The notes under the pieces were generated by a model. That model had not been told where the DNA came from. It worked only from the letters and a program-made list of their open reading frames with translations, and did no database searches. Both the position numbers and the translations under genes were made by a program. DNA of 63,015 bases, the filler included, from Octopus bimaculoides (lineage: Eukaryota): NCBI RefSeq assembly GCF_001194135.2. It is 5 parts of 4 records of this genome, joined end to end, with 100 filler letters (N's around TTAATTAATTAA, not from the genome) between each part and the next. Parts side by side here need not be neighbours in the genome. Positions count along the whole stretch, not along the records: positions 51,846 to 59,614 come from NC_068984.1; positions 59,715 to 63,015 come from NW_026374140.1; 3 more parts are not named here. One strand, written 5' to 3'. Below are positions 53,490-63,015 of the stretch, in pieces. How positions within the stretch are numbered: the first letter of the stretch is position 1; every line of letters starts with the position of its first letter.

Positions 53490-54298
53490 ACTTCAAAAAT
53501 ACGTATGATAGTTTCAGTCAGACAATCAACATTCAGAAGATCAAAATACCTGCACAAACTTCTCCAAACTCAGGTCTCCCAGATTCCAACATCAGCATTT
53601 TCAACATATCACCAGAACAAGTAGATATATTCTCTTACCTGGGAAGCAATCTCTTCACATTATAACTTGAGCAAGATATCGAGAACAGGATCTGAACTTT
53701 TCATGTCGCTTTTGGAAAACTCTTTCAGAGTGTTTTCGGAAACAAGAACCAGAAACTTCAGACAGAGCTCATGGTATATCACACTGTGTTTGCTTCCATC
53801 TTACTCTGTGCTTGTGAGACGTGAACTTTGTGCCACTGGGACATACGAACACTCGAACGGTTTCGTCAGTTATAACTACCAAATGAGATTGCAATGTAGA
53901 TAATCTTGCAGTCCTTGAATGATTCAAAGCCAACAGCATTGAGACCATCATCCTCAAACATCGTCTTAGATGGACAGGTTATGTACACTATATGATTGGC
54001 ACCAAACAACCACATCAAATTCTTCACAGCGAATTTGGAACCGGCAGGAGGTAACACAGCAGCACCATGCAACGCTACAAAGACTAACTGAAACAGACGA
54101 TTAACAGCACCAACATCAATCCTAGATCTTGAGACCAACACACATAGGATAGAACAACGGGGCGTCAAGCGATCAAGATTAACGTGGAACATATTGAAGA
54201 ACATCCTTAAAGAAGAGGATAAACAACTACGACGAGAAACCCGACAACAACTGCAACGAAGGCCTCCACCAACCACCATATGCGACCTATGTGGTCAA
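53490..54298 (+). mobile_element. RTE (BovB-like) LINE 3' portion, decayed
   Basis: EQVDIFSYLGS; MVYHTVFASILLCACET; LKHRLRWTGYV...PHQIL.SEF..G.R; QRYKD; terminal CDLCG. Confidence 0.88.
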
Positions 54299-54374
54299 TA
54301 CACACACACGCGCACACACACACACGCACGCACACACGCACGCACCCACCACACACGTACATATATGTATTATG

Positions 54375-54515
54375 TGCGTGACAACTCGGGTAAGTATCTT
54401 CTGCTATAGACCCGGGCCGACCAAAACCTTGTGAGTGGATTTGGAAGCTGAAAGAAGCTTGTCGCATATATATATATATATATATATAATATATAGGTAT
54501 ATATGTGTGTGAGTA

Positions 54516-54563
<48 letters not shown>

Positions 54564-54708
54564 TCTCCCCGTAAACTAGCAGTTCAGCGAAAAGAAGCCG
54601 ATAGAAGAAATACCAGACTCTAAAAGAGAGGTGACTGGAAACAATTTGTTTGGCTAAACACTTCAAGGCGGTGCTCCAACATTCTGTCTGAAACAAGTAA
54701 AAGATAGA
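54375..54708 (+). mobile_element. SINE S2, 5'-truncated
   Basis: cttctgctatagacccgggccgaccaaaaccttgtgagtggatttgg...(TA)(TG)n...cttcaaggcggtgctccaac...gaaacaagtaaaag. Confidence 0.85.
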
Positions 54709-55489
54709 AGGTATGCACACATCAAGTGCAGTTCTCTTTTATACCCTTTGTGCGTATGTGTGTGCGCACGCGCGATCGCACATACGTGTACAGAATTAAT
54801 GCAATTCTTTCTGAATGAAATTCGCTGTGAGAAATATTATGAACATCAAAAGAATTAAATTTGAATACGTAAGTAGCCCTCGTTTTATTTATCGCCTCTT
54901 AAAGGACTTTATATTTACGTTAACGCCCTCTTTAACCGAGCAGAGTGTCAAAATAATTTCTTTACTGAAACTATCCGACGTATTTGCACAACAAATGGTA
55001 GCGTTTTCAGCATTCTTCATATTGCTCATATTTGGGTGAGAAGAAGATTTCAGCATTGATAATTAGGGCGATATCACATCATAAACAAAAACGTTTCAAA
55101 CATTCCTTCAGAAGAATTTGGAATTGAACTTAGCTTTATGATAGAATATGAAATATTCTTTTTAGATAAATGCAAGTATGTAGTTGTGATGAAAAAAGAA
55201 TTCTTAGAGATAAGATACAGCATATGTATTTAATTACTATTTCGGAACTGCTTTCCATTGCTTAGAGCCATGATTTTAAAGAAAAGATGATATGTGCATT
55301 ATTCGTAAACCTGTTTCTTGAAAAGGAGACTCATAACTGGACATTTAAAGTTTGTAATTCAAGTCCTCAACACAGTAAAGTATACAGTTTCTATGTAAGA
55401 CTAGAATAGTGTTTGATCCGAAAAGCGATTAACGCATACATAACCTATATGTATTATGTTTTCACATACAGATGTATTATGTTTTCACA

Positions 55490-56150
55490 TACAGGGTGTG
55501 CAGGCTACATTTGACGAACTTTTTATGTTTTTCTTATTTTTTCAGGAACAGTTTGATGTATTGGTGAATTGTCAACGGTGTTGGAGAGCATAAAGATTAA
55601 AATCGTAGTTGAAAAAAGTTAGCTGACATGGTGGAATGGAAGCCACCTGAATATAGGAAAAGAGTTACTTGTATTATGATGATTTTCGCTGGCTATCAAA
55701 ATGACGACATCACGACTACTATTCAATGCTCTATGATTACTGTAAAGGCTGTAAGACGTGATATGGACACCTACAATAGGGACTACAAAGCCTGGCCAGC
55801 AGGTAGGGACACAACAGGCTGCCCTTGCACACTGGGTGTTCATCCAACAACTTTGAACAAGGCCTTAGGCTCAATTCTGACGGCTATGTGAAGCGGCTGG
55901 AGACTGTGGTTAAGCCTTGGTTGGAGAGGGTTGTTGATGAAAGGCCACATGTGTGTTTCAGCTCCTTGTCATACTTCCGGAAAGAGTCGGAAGTGGTCGT
56001 CGGAGAATTTCTACGACTTCACCATCTTTAATTTCTGGCCTCCTAATTCCCCCGATCGTAATCCCAAGGTTTACTATGTGGAGGGTGTGATTGAGAAAGA
56101 CACCATTGCTCTTCTTGCAGCACCAAGGCCGAACTGGTGGTCAAAGTAAA
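55490..56150 (+). mobile_element. maT/DD37D-like transposon relic with left TIR, internally deleted
   Basis: Starts TA-CAGGGTG; N-terminal HTH-like ORF; then GLRLNSDGYVKRLETVVKPW, SAPCHTS and FWPPNSPDRNP. Confidence 0.85.
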
Positions 56151-56154
56151 AAAA

Positions 56155-56600
56155 AAAATCTACTGTTACTTTATAGGAACTAAACTTTAGATTTATACCA
56201 ATAATTACTGGGCACTTGGAACAAAATTACCTCATCACTAATCCTGAGAATCCAAAAGAACATGACTAGTTAGGAAATTGCTACTATAAGTCAAGAAAGA
56301 CATTGCGAAAATATATACAGCATTCCAGAAGACTAGTAAGTGCATATACACATGTGAAGGCATGCGCCTACATATCCACATATACACTTGCATAAGTAAG
56401 TGTATGCATGGATATAATACACGCATATGTACATATATATGTATACATGCGTACATATATAGATGCATGCATAAACATGTGCATACTCGCTTACATACAC
56501 ACATACATTGCTGATGTTGTTTAAATTTTAGTGAAAGAGACTTATCTCTAGGTTAGAAGCCGGCTCTTTCTCCACTGGTGAAAACTTCGAAAAATAAAGC
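56155..56600 (+). mobile_element. Degenerate family C-related RLE 3' end and UTR
   Basis: NFRFIPIITG-like segment; UTR segment 56510-56600 is homologous to 57295-57385; followed by (CATA)n. Confidence 0.6.
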
Positions 56601-56634
56601 ATACATACATACATACATACATACATACATACAA

Positions 56635-57400
56635 AATATCATCACGGTGTTAGCTACCGATGAAACATGATGTTGTAGGTAGGTTACTGCATAACGAGAT
56701 CCATCGAAAGGATAATACCGAGGACAGAGAAATAAGAACCCACAGTATGGTAGAAGTCATAGCCGTTCATAATTGAAAGGAATACTGGTGGAATGTCTCA
56801 GTGAAAGCCTCAATAAAATGTAAGCATAACAGACCTAATATAATGATTTGAGGTAGAGAAGAGAAACTGTGCATAGTTGGGGAAATTAGCTGCCCAGCGG
56901 ATGTTAACATAATATTGAAGATCAGTGAAAAAGAGAATATCTATGCCAAACTATTGAGAAATCTGCAGTTACTCTATCCAGGTTACAAGTTCAGGTCTAT
57001 ACCTGTAATAATTGGGACCCTGGGATATGTGACACACTGCCTAAATACCAATCTTGAGAACTTAGGCTTCTCAAAGCCAGAAAGAAGAAACTTGATTTGA
57101 AGACTACCAATCCAATCCATCACTGGAACTGTAAAAATCTGTAAAACTTTCCAGAAGTTTATCATTTAAATATACATGAACATGTCTAGATATGCAACTA
57201 TATGCATGAGAATACATACATAAAGCAAAACATACAAATCTGCACATATACATACATACATACATACATGCATACATGCAAACAAAATATCATGTTGTTG
57301 ATGTTGAAATTCCAATGAAAGAGCCTTGAATCTAGGTTAGAAACAAGTTCTTTCTCTATTGGCTAAACATTTTGAAATAAAACTGAACAATGACATACTT
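56635..57400 (+). mobile_element. RLE LINE family C 3' copy between CATA repeats
   Basis: Co-linear with 25225-25800 (KHD, YWWN, EISCPADVNI, IPVIIGTLG, KFII*), with the same UTR. Confidence 0.92.
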
Positions 57401-57859
57401 ACATACTGTCGTGTCGATGCCCCCAGACGATGAAGCAGGCTAGCCCAATACGTAAATATAGAGGAAGAAAACGGTACCCCCGTTTTGAAATAGATCCTCT
57501 TTCAGTATTGCAAAAAGATTTTATTCTTTGATATTACTGTTTTCTAGTGTAGCAATCGGAAATGTACTTCTTGTGCTTCAAAACAACCTCGACAAGCATC
57601 CAAGACAATACTAATATATTTAATGCATGGTTTCTTAAAACGCTAATTGGAGATAAATACGCAGTGAAGCAAAAAAAAAAAAAAACAAGCGAGAACAAAA
57701 ATGTTTATAATATAAGCATACATCCAGTTATATTTTTCTTTTGGAGAAGAGAAGCATTATTAAGTACAATGAAATGCAAAGTTGGCCACAGCGATATTTA
57801 AAACTAGAATGTAAAGAGTCGGAAGAAATATCTCAGGTTATTTTTTTTCTGCTAATGTG

Positions 57860-57950
57860 TAAGGCAGATCTGTTAGAGCGTTAGCGGTTGCTTGCAGCCT
57901 GAGTTCAAATTCAGCCGAGGTCATCTCAGATTTTCATCCTGGAGTTGGAT
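57860..57950 (+). mobile_element. SINE S1 fragment
   Basis: gagttcaaattcagccgaggtc...ttttcatcct. Confidence 0.55.
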
Positions 57951-57954
57951 GTAC

Positions 57955-57957
57955 TAC

Positions 57958-57989
<32 letters not shown>

Positions 57990-58070
57990 CTTCTTCTTCG
58001 TCTTCGTCTTCTTCTTCTTCTTCTTCTTCTTCTTCTTCTTCTTCTTCTTCTTCTTCTTCTTCTTCTTCTT
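57955..58070. repeat. (CTT)n/(GAA)n microsatellite
   Basis: Seen directly. Confidence 0.97.
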
Positions 58071-58789
58071 CGCCCCCCTCTCTTTCTGGAAGAAATCGGC
58101 TAGATTTGGCTTGGAGCGGGATGGGCCACACGAAGTTTGGACGCTCACGAAACACTGTATTCACGACGGTGATCTTGCCACTCGATTGAACTTTGGACAT
58201 GTTTTAGTTTTATTCTGATTTCTCCATACCTACCGAAGTAATGATTAAAAGACCATGGAGACCATGTATACTTGTTGCAAAACAGAATTGGTTAGAAATT
58301 AAATTCACAGATACTTATTCGCATGAAGAAAGCAATAGTTATATTACTGCAAACATATTTAATACATACAATATTTTGAAACATATCGTAAATGGTAAAA
58401 TTATAATGGAACAATCTACCACCTTATTGTAGCTAGTCTCATATAAATTCTGATCGCTATCGTATTTAAAAAAAAAAATTTCCTTTCATTTTGTACGTTA
58501 GTGAGTCTTTTTCGTTAATGTCAGCTTTACTTCCTCTCGAATCCTGACCTATTTCCAGTTCTAGAAACAGTATCCATTGTGGATGCAATCATTACGTAGC
58601 GTTGCGTCATTTCGCCCACCTTTTAGGAATATTGCTTTCATCATCCTTAAAATGTACAGCGATAATCTGAGTACCCGCTACGATTGAACAATCTATGGTA
58701 TATATAGTCGTATGTTTTATGCAGTCAGTCGGTTAAATTAGGACTAAGATTATTTTACGCAGTCTACTAAAGTTGTTCCATGATAGCTA

Positions 58790-58925
58790 CAGGCATAGCT
58801 ATGTGGTTAATATGCTTGTTTCGAGGAGGTTCGAGTCTACTGTGTAGCACCTTGGGCAAACGTCTTCTCCCATTCCGAGATCGACCAAAGCATTTTAAAG
58901 TGGAATTTGGTAGGTGGAAGTTGTG
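58790..58925 (+). mobile_element. SINE S2 head (degenerate)
   Basis: ggcatagctatgtggttaatatgcttg...gtagcaccttgggcaaacgtcttc...gaccaaagc...gaatttggtag. Confidence 0.7.
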
Positions 58926-59549
58926 TGGAATCCGACTGAAAGCACAGTTTCCATTCTTGTGCAGTAAACTGACTGAACATTATCTTATAACATTTTATAA
59001 CATGATCTGACTGAACATTATCTTATGACATTTGAGTACCTTTAGCCGAATCCACTTTGTTGTAAGCATTTAGACCAGGTCATTGGTCTGAAAATAATTC
59101 CTTCCCTTTTCCTCACTAGTCTTAGAAACTCTGTAAAAATAATGGCTCATGTCTTCTCTTGGCTAAATTATAAAAAATATGCATAAATGACGTTAGAGAA
59201 TTACGTAAGTTGTCTTTAATACGGAGGTACAAGTTTTACATATCTTTTTCTTCTATTTGTAATATTTTCTTGTTTACTATTGAAAAATAAGGGGAGATTA
59301 ATGATGTTTTACTCCGACTTATAATGAAATGCGACATTTTATCTTAGGCTTAAGTATGTGTCTTTTTAATTTTCATTCCAGATTCTCCTATTAATTACAA
59401 TTAATAGAATTTCGAAGTTTATATTGATTTGCATTGAACTTTTATTCTACATTGCTGTGTGGATAATGTGACTTCAGCAGTTATATTCAAATAGTTTCAT
59501 CAAGATGCTATTAATTTACTTGTACCATTTAGTTTGACCCAGTACAGTT

Positions 59550-59614
<65 letters not shown>

Positions 59615-60159
59615 NNNNNNNNNNNNNNNNNNNNNNNNNNNNNNNNNNNNNNNNNNNNTTAATTAATTAANNNNNNNNNNNNNNNNNNNNNNNNNNNNNN
59701 NNNNNNNNNNNNNNTATGGTTGCACGTATACACACAATACCATCCAACCACACGCGCGCGTTTTCTCTCTCTCACCTCTCACACATGACTACATATTCAA
59801 ATGTATGTTTATTGAAGGCTCGCTTTTATTGTTTATATGACCATTTTAACACTTGGGTGTTTTACTCAAATACATTCATTTGGTTTAATAAACCATACCC
59901 AGAGAGCGGTCTGTTAAAGCAGGCATCTAATAAGTCCTTGTATTATGTGTTCTGTGTTCATATTAAAAACCCGAAAGCTTACGAACGATTGAAGTCAAAT
60001 TAATAAACAAGCGAGATCTGAACGACTACGTAGAATAATAAGCATTGATTGACTACGAGACAAAGCGACAACGAAAGATCAATGCCAGGAATATTATTGC
60101 GAGAACATTTTTGAAACGAAGTATTTCAAGAACGGAGTGGAGCCAATGACGGGATCGCA

Positions 60160-60345
60160 GGGCACCGAAAATAAATGTCCCACTGGGCCGAACATATAGC
60201 TAGGTTCACGGACAACAGATGGACCCGTGCACTGCGGTTACCGAGTGGTCTTCAAGGGATCAGAAAAGAACACTCGGAAGACCTACAAGACGCTGGGAAA
60301 AGGATTTAGTTAAACGGTTTGGACAATCAAGAAGGAATTCGAAGC
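60160..60345 (+). mobile_element. RTE LINE 3' fragment
   Basis: HIARFTDNRWTRA...RDQKRTLGRPTRRWEKDL. Confidence 0.85.
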
Positions 60346-60631
60346 GCATTGTGACTAGCAGTGTATAACAATGTCCTGTAGTCTACGCGATACAGCAGTA
60401 TCGCAGNNNNNNNNNNNNNNNNNNNNNNNNNNNNNNNNNNNNNNNNNNNNNNNNNNNNNNNNNNNNNNNNNNNNNNNNNNNNNNNNNNNNNNNNNNNNNN
60501 NNNNNNNNNNNNNNNNNNNNNNNNNNNNNNNNNNNNNNNTATATATATATATGTATATATATATATGTATATATATATATGTGTGTGTGTATGTGTGTAC
60601 GTGTGTATATATATATATTTATATATATAAT

Positions 60632-60787
60632 CAGGCGTGGTTGTCTGGTAAGAAGCTTGCTTCCCAATCACATGGTTCCGGGTTCAGTCCCACTGCGTGA
60701 AACCTTGGGCAACTGTCTTCAATTATAGCCACGGGCCGATGAGAGCCTTGAGAGTGGATTTGCTAGACGGAAACTGAAAGAAGCCCG

Positions 60788-60827
<40 letters not shown>

Positions 60828-61045
60828 ATGTGTGTGTGTGTCTTTGTGTATGTGTTTGTTCCCCCATCACCGCTTGACAACCGGTAGTGGTGTGTTTACA
60901 TTCCCTAAACTAACGATTCGGCAAAAGAGAATAGATAGAATAAGCTCCAGGATTTAAAGTACTGATGACTAAACATTCGACTTAAAGTTCTTCAAGGCAG
61001 TGCTCCAGTATGGCCGCAATCTAATAACTGAAATATAAGACTATA
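60632..61045 (+). mobile_element. SINE S2, full length
   Basis: aggcgtggttgtctggtaagaagcttgcttcccaatcacatggttccgggttcagtcccactgcg...(TA)(TG)n...cttcaaggcagtgctccagtatggccgc. Confidence 0.92.
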
Positions 61046-61094
61046 AAATAAGGACGGGGAATTGTATATCCACAAAGCTTGTTTATAACAGTGA

Positions 61095-61275
61095 TATACT
61101 CACTATATTCTCTTTAAATCTCTGACCGACACGTGGATCAAGCCATCTAATCAAATCTCCTACCCGTCGTCTTAGAGGTCTTCCGAATGGCCGTTTCACA
61201 TCTCTTGGATACCATACGGCAACTACATGGATCCACCTGTTGTCTAGAACCTTGCTACATGTCCGGTCGAGCCGA
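61095..61275 (-). mobile_element. RTE LINE 3' fragment (related to 60160)
   Basis: GHVAR..DNRWIHVVAVWYPRDVKRPFGRPLRR. Confidence 0.85.
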
Positions 61276-61636
61276 AGTAACGTCTTGAATAAAGCTGCAT
61301 TGATAGTTTACCATGGATAAAATCGTAATGCAACTGAACCAACATCTTAGGACGCGGCATCCCTAGGATGCATCAGAAACACATGTTGCACAAAATTTTC
61401 AAGAGAATATATTGTATATATGACTAATAAACAAGCTTTGTCGATTTTTAACGTCTTAAATATACGCTCTTTATACTGTATAAAATCCAAAGAAGCGAAA
61501 TCAGGATTTACCCACCGGTTTCAATACTGTGTCATTGTTTACCTTACGCAAAACATTAAACAAACGGTTAATTAATTAGATGGTGTGTAATGATACTCAT
61601 AAGACACAGCATAAAACCGTTATTGTTAGGACAAAG

Positions 61637-61680
61637 GAGGCGGTGAGCTGGGAGAATCATTAGCGTGCTGGACAAGATCA
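61637..61680 (+). mobile_element. SINE S1 head only
   Basis: ggcggtgagctgggagaatcattagcgtgctggac, followed by (TAA)n at about 61705-61770. Confidence 0.7.
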
Positions 61681-61707
61681 GTAATGTAGGTAGCATCAAT
61701 AACGACG

Positions 61708-61754
<47 letters not shown>

Positions 61755-61979
61755 TATAATATTAATAGATAGATAGATGAGTTCTTAACTTTTGTATGCG
61801 ATTGCCAAATTCCATCACTAAGGTAAACATAGCTGACGTAATCCATCACTACGGCCAACTCAATGACAAAAAGCGCAACTCGAAAGTAACTTATTTATTG
61901 GTCCTTTGAACAGCAATATTTCGACATCTCGTGTGTCTTCAACAGGTTCAAAATAAAATAAATGTTAATCTTAATTATA

Positions 61980-62340
61980 ATAACAATACCAGCAGATGAC
62001 AACGTTTCTCTAAAAGAAATGGAGAAACTTTCAAAATACAAAGACTTGAAAATAGAGGTAACTGGAATGTAGAGTCTAAAAACAGAAACAATTCCTATCA
62101 TAGTAGGTGCCTTAGGTATAATAAAAAAAATATTCAGACAAATACATAACAAAAACACCAGGACCAACAAATATATATATAACATACAGAAAATTGCACT
62201 ACTGGGCACTGCACACATCATACGCAAAACACTTTCAATACAGTAACCATAAGAGCATCACAGCAAACCACAGCACATACCCAAGGCACACAGAGCTGCG
62301 CTCGGTAGTGAAGTGAAAGCACGTTATAAAAATAAAAATA

Positions 62341-62344
<4 letters not shown>
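61980..62344 (+). mobile_element. RLE LINE family A 3' end and UTR
   Basis: IPADDNVSLKEMEKLSKYKDL...TIPIIVGALG...QKIALLGTAHIIRKTLSIQ*; UTR runs into (TAA)n at 62345-62388. Confidence 0.9.
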
Positions 62345-62388
<44 letters not shown>

Positions 62389-62389
<1 letters not shown>

Positions 62390-62960
62390 TCTCAGAAGAC
62401 CAAGTTAATTATGGGAAGTAGACTCAAAGGAAAAACAAAATCAGGTCAATGAACACATTGTTGCTTGGTGGACAAAGAATGAGCTTGACGAAATGGACAG
62501 GAAAAGTAGAAAAGTGATGACAATTAACAAGGAAATCAAAGGAAAAGACAAGATTAACACTTAGAGATGGCTAAGAAAAAGTGATCTGAAAGGATGCAGT
62601 GAGGCATTGAAATGCAGCGCCCAGGATCAAGCTCTGAGAACTAATTACACCAAGTTCCAAATGAATAAGAGCAGTGAATCACCCCTTTGTAGCATGTGTG
62701 TCAGCAAAAACGAAACAGTCTCACATATTGTGAGTGAGTGTAGCAAGCTGACCCAAAAGCACTACAAAAGGAGGCACGATGACATGGCTAAGTTCATCCA
62801 ATGGAGGCTATGTGAAAAATATGGTCTGAACAGAGCACGGAAATGGTACGAACATGAACCAGAAGGAGACACCGAGAACAAGGAAGATAAGATAATGTGG
62901 GATTTTACAATCCAATGTGACTCCCTAATCGAAGCTCGGAGACCAAGAAAACGGAGAAAG
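62389..62960 (+). mobile_element. RLE LINE family B fragment (CCHC and start of RLE), internally deleted
   Basis: AQDQALRTNY...LCSMC...ETVSHIVSEC...KRRHD...WYEHEPE...MWDFTIQCD..IEARRP. Confidence 0.92.
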
Positions 62961-62974
62961 ATATAACAAATATA

Positions 62975-63015
62975 TACTCTTTTACTCTTTTACTTGTTTC
63001 AGTCTTTTGACTGTG
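62975..63015 (-). mobile_element. SINE S2 3' tail at window edge
   Basis: Reverse complement cacagtcaaaagactgaaacaagtaaaagagtaaaagag. Confidence 0.75.

Noticed and set aside
57420-57455. Third hammerhead-like motif (gacgatgaagcaggctagcccaatacgt)
   Set aside because: Both core segments are broken and stem II is poor.
58070-58200. RTE-like 3' end with (GAA)n tail on the minus strand
   Set aside because: Only faint DRRE-type similarity; not enough to annotate.
58969-59033. Short tandem duplications (also about 19300-19345 and 55449-55494)
   Set aside because: Ordinary 23-38-bp slippage duplications with no further structure.

Overview
AT-rich eukaryotic scaffold with about 7 kb of N gaps, saturated with microsatellites and decayed transposons. 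The repeat landscape (tRNA-derived SINEs with internal (TA)n/(TG)n, RLE-type LINE fragments, maT, RTE, Penelope-like elements) looks like an octopod cephalopod genome; this is an inference from pattern recognition, not a database hit. I can support no intact host gene, rRNA, bona fide tRNA or CRISPR array, and most listed ORFs are microsatellite or N read-throughs. Main content: about 13 fragments of restriction-like-endonuclease (RLE, R4/Dong-like) non-LTR retrotransposons, about 20 SINE copies from at least 3 families, 2 maT/DD37D relics, RTE, Tx1/L1 and CR1-like 3' ends, and a Penelope-like element (PLE) with a GIY-YIG domain. Best signals: (1) RLE elements split into a (TAA)n-associated group and a separate (CATA)n-associated group, with random 5' truncation points abutting the repeat; (2) a PLE terminal repeat made of a tRNA-like Pol III head, (TAA)n and a minimal hammerhead ribozyme; (3) a second hammerhead with a non-canonical CUGUUGA core; (4) three fold-back structures: a template-switch scar, a 100-nt imperfect hairpin and a 174-bp-arm palindrome. 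Repeat boundaries were judged by eye and are approximate (roughly +/-20 bp).
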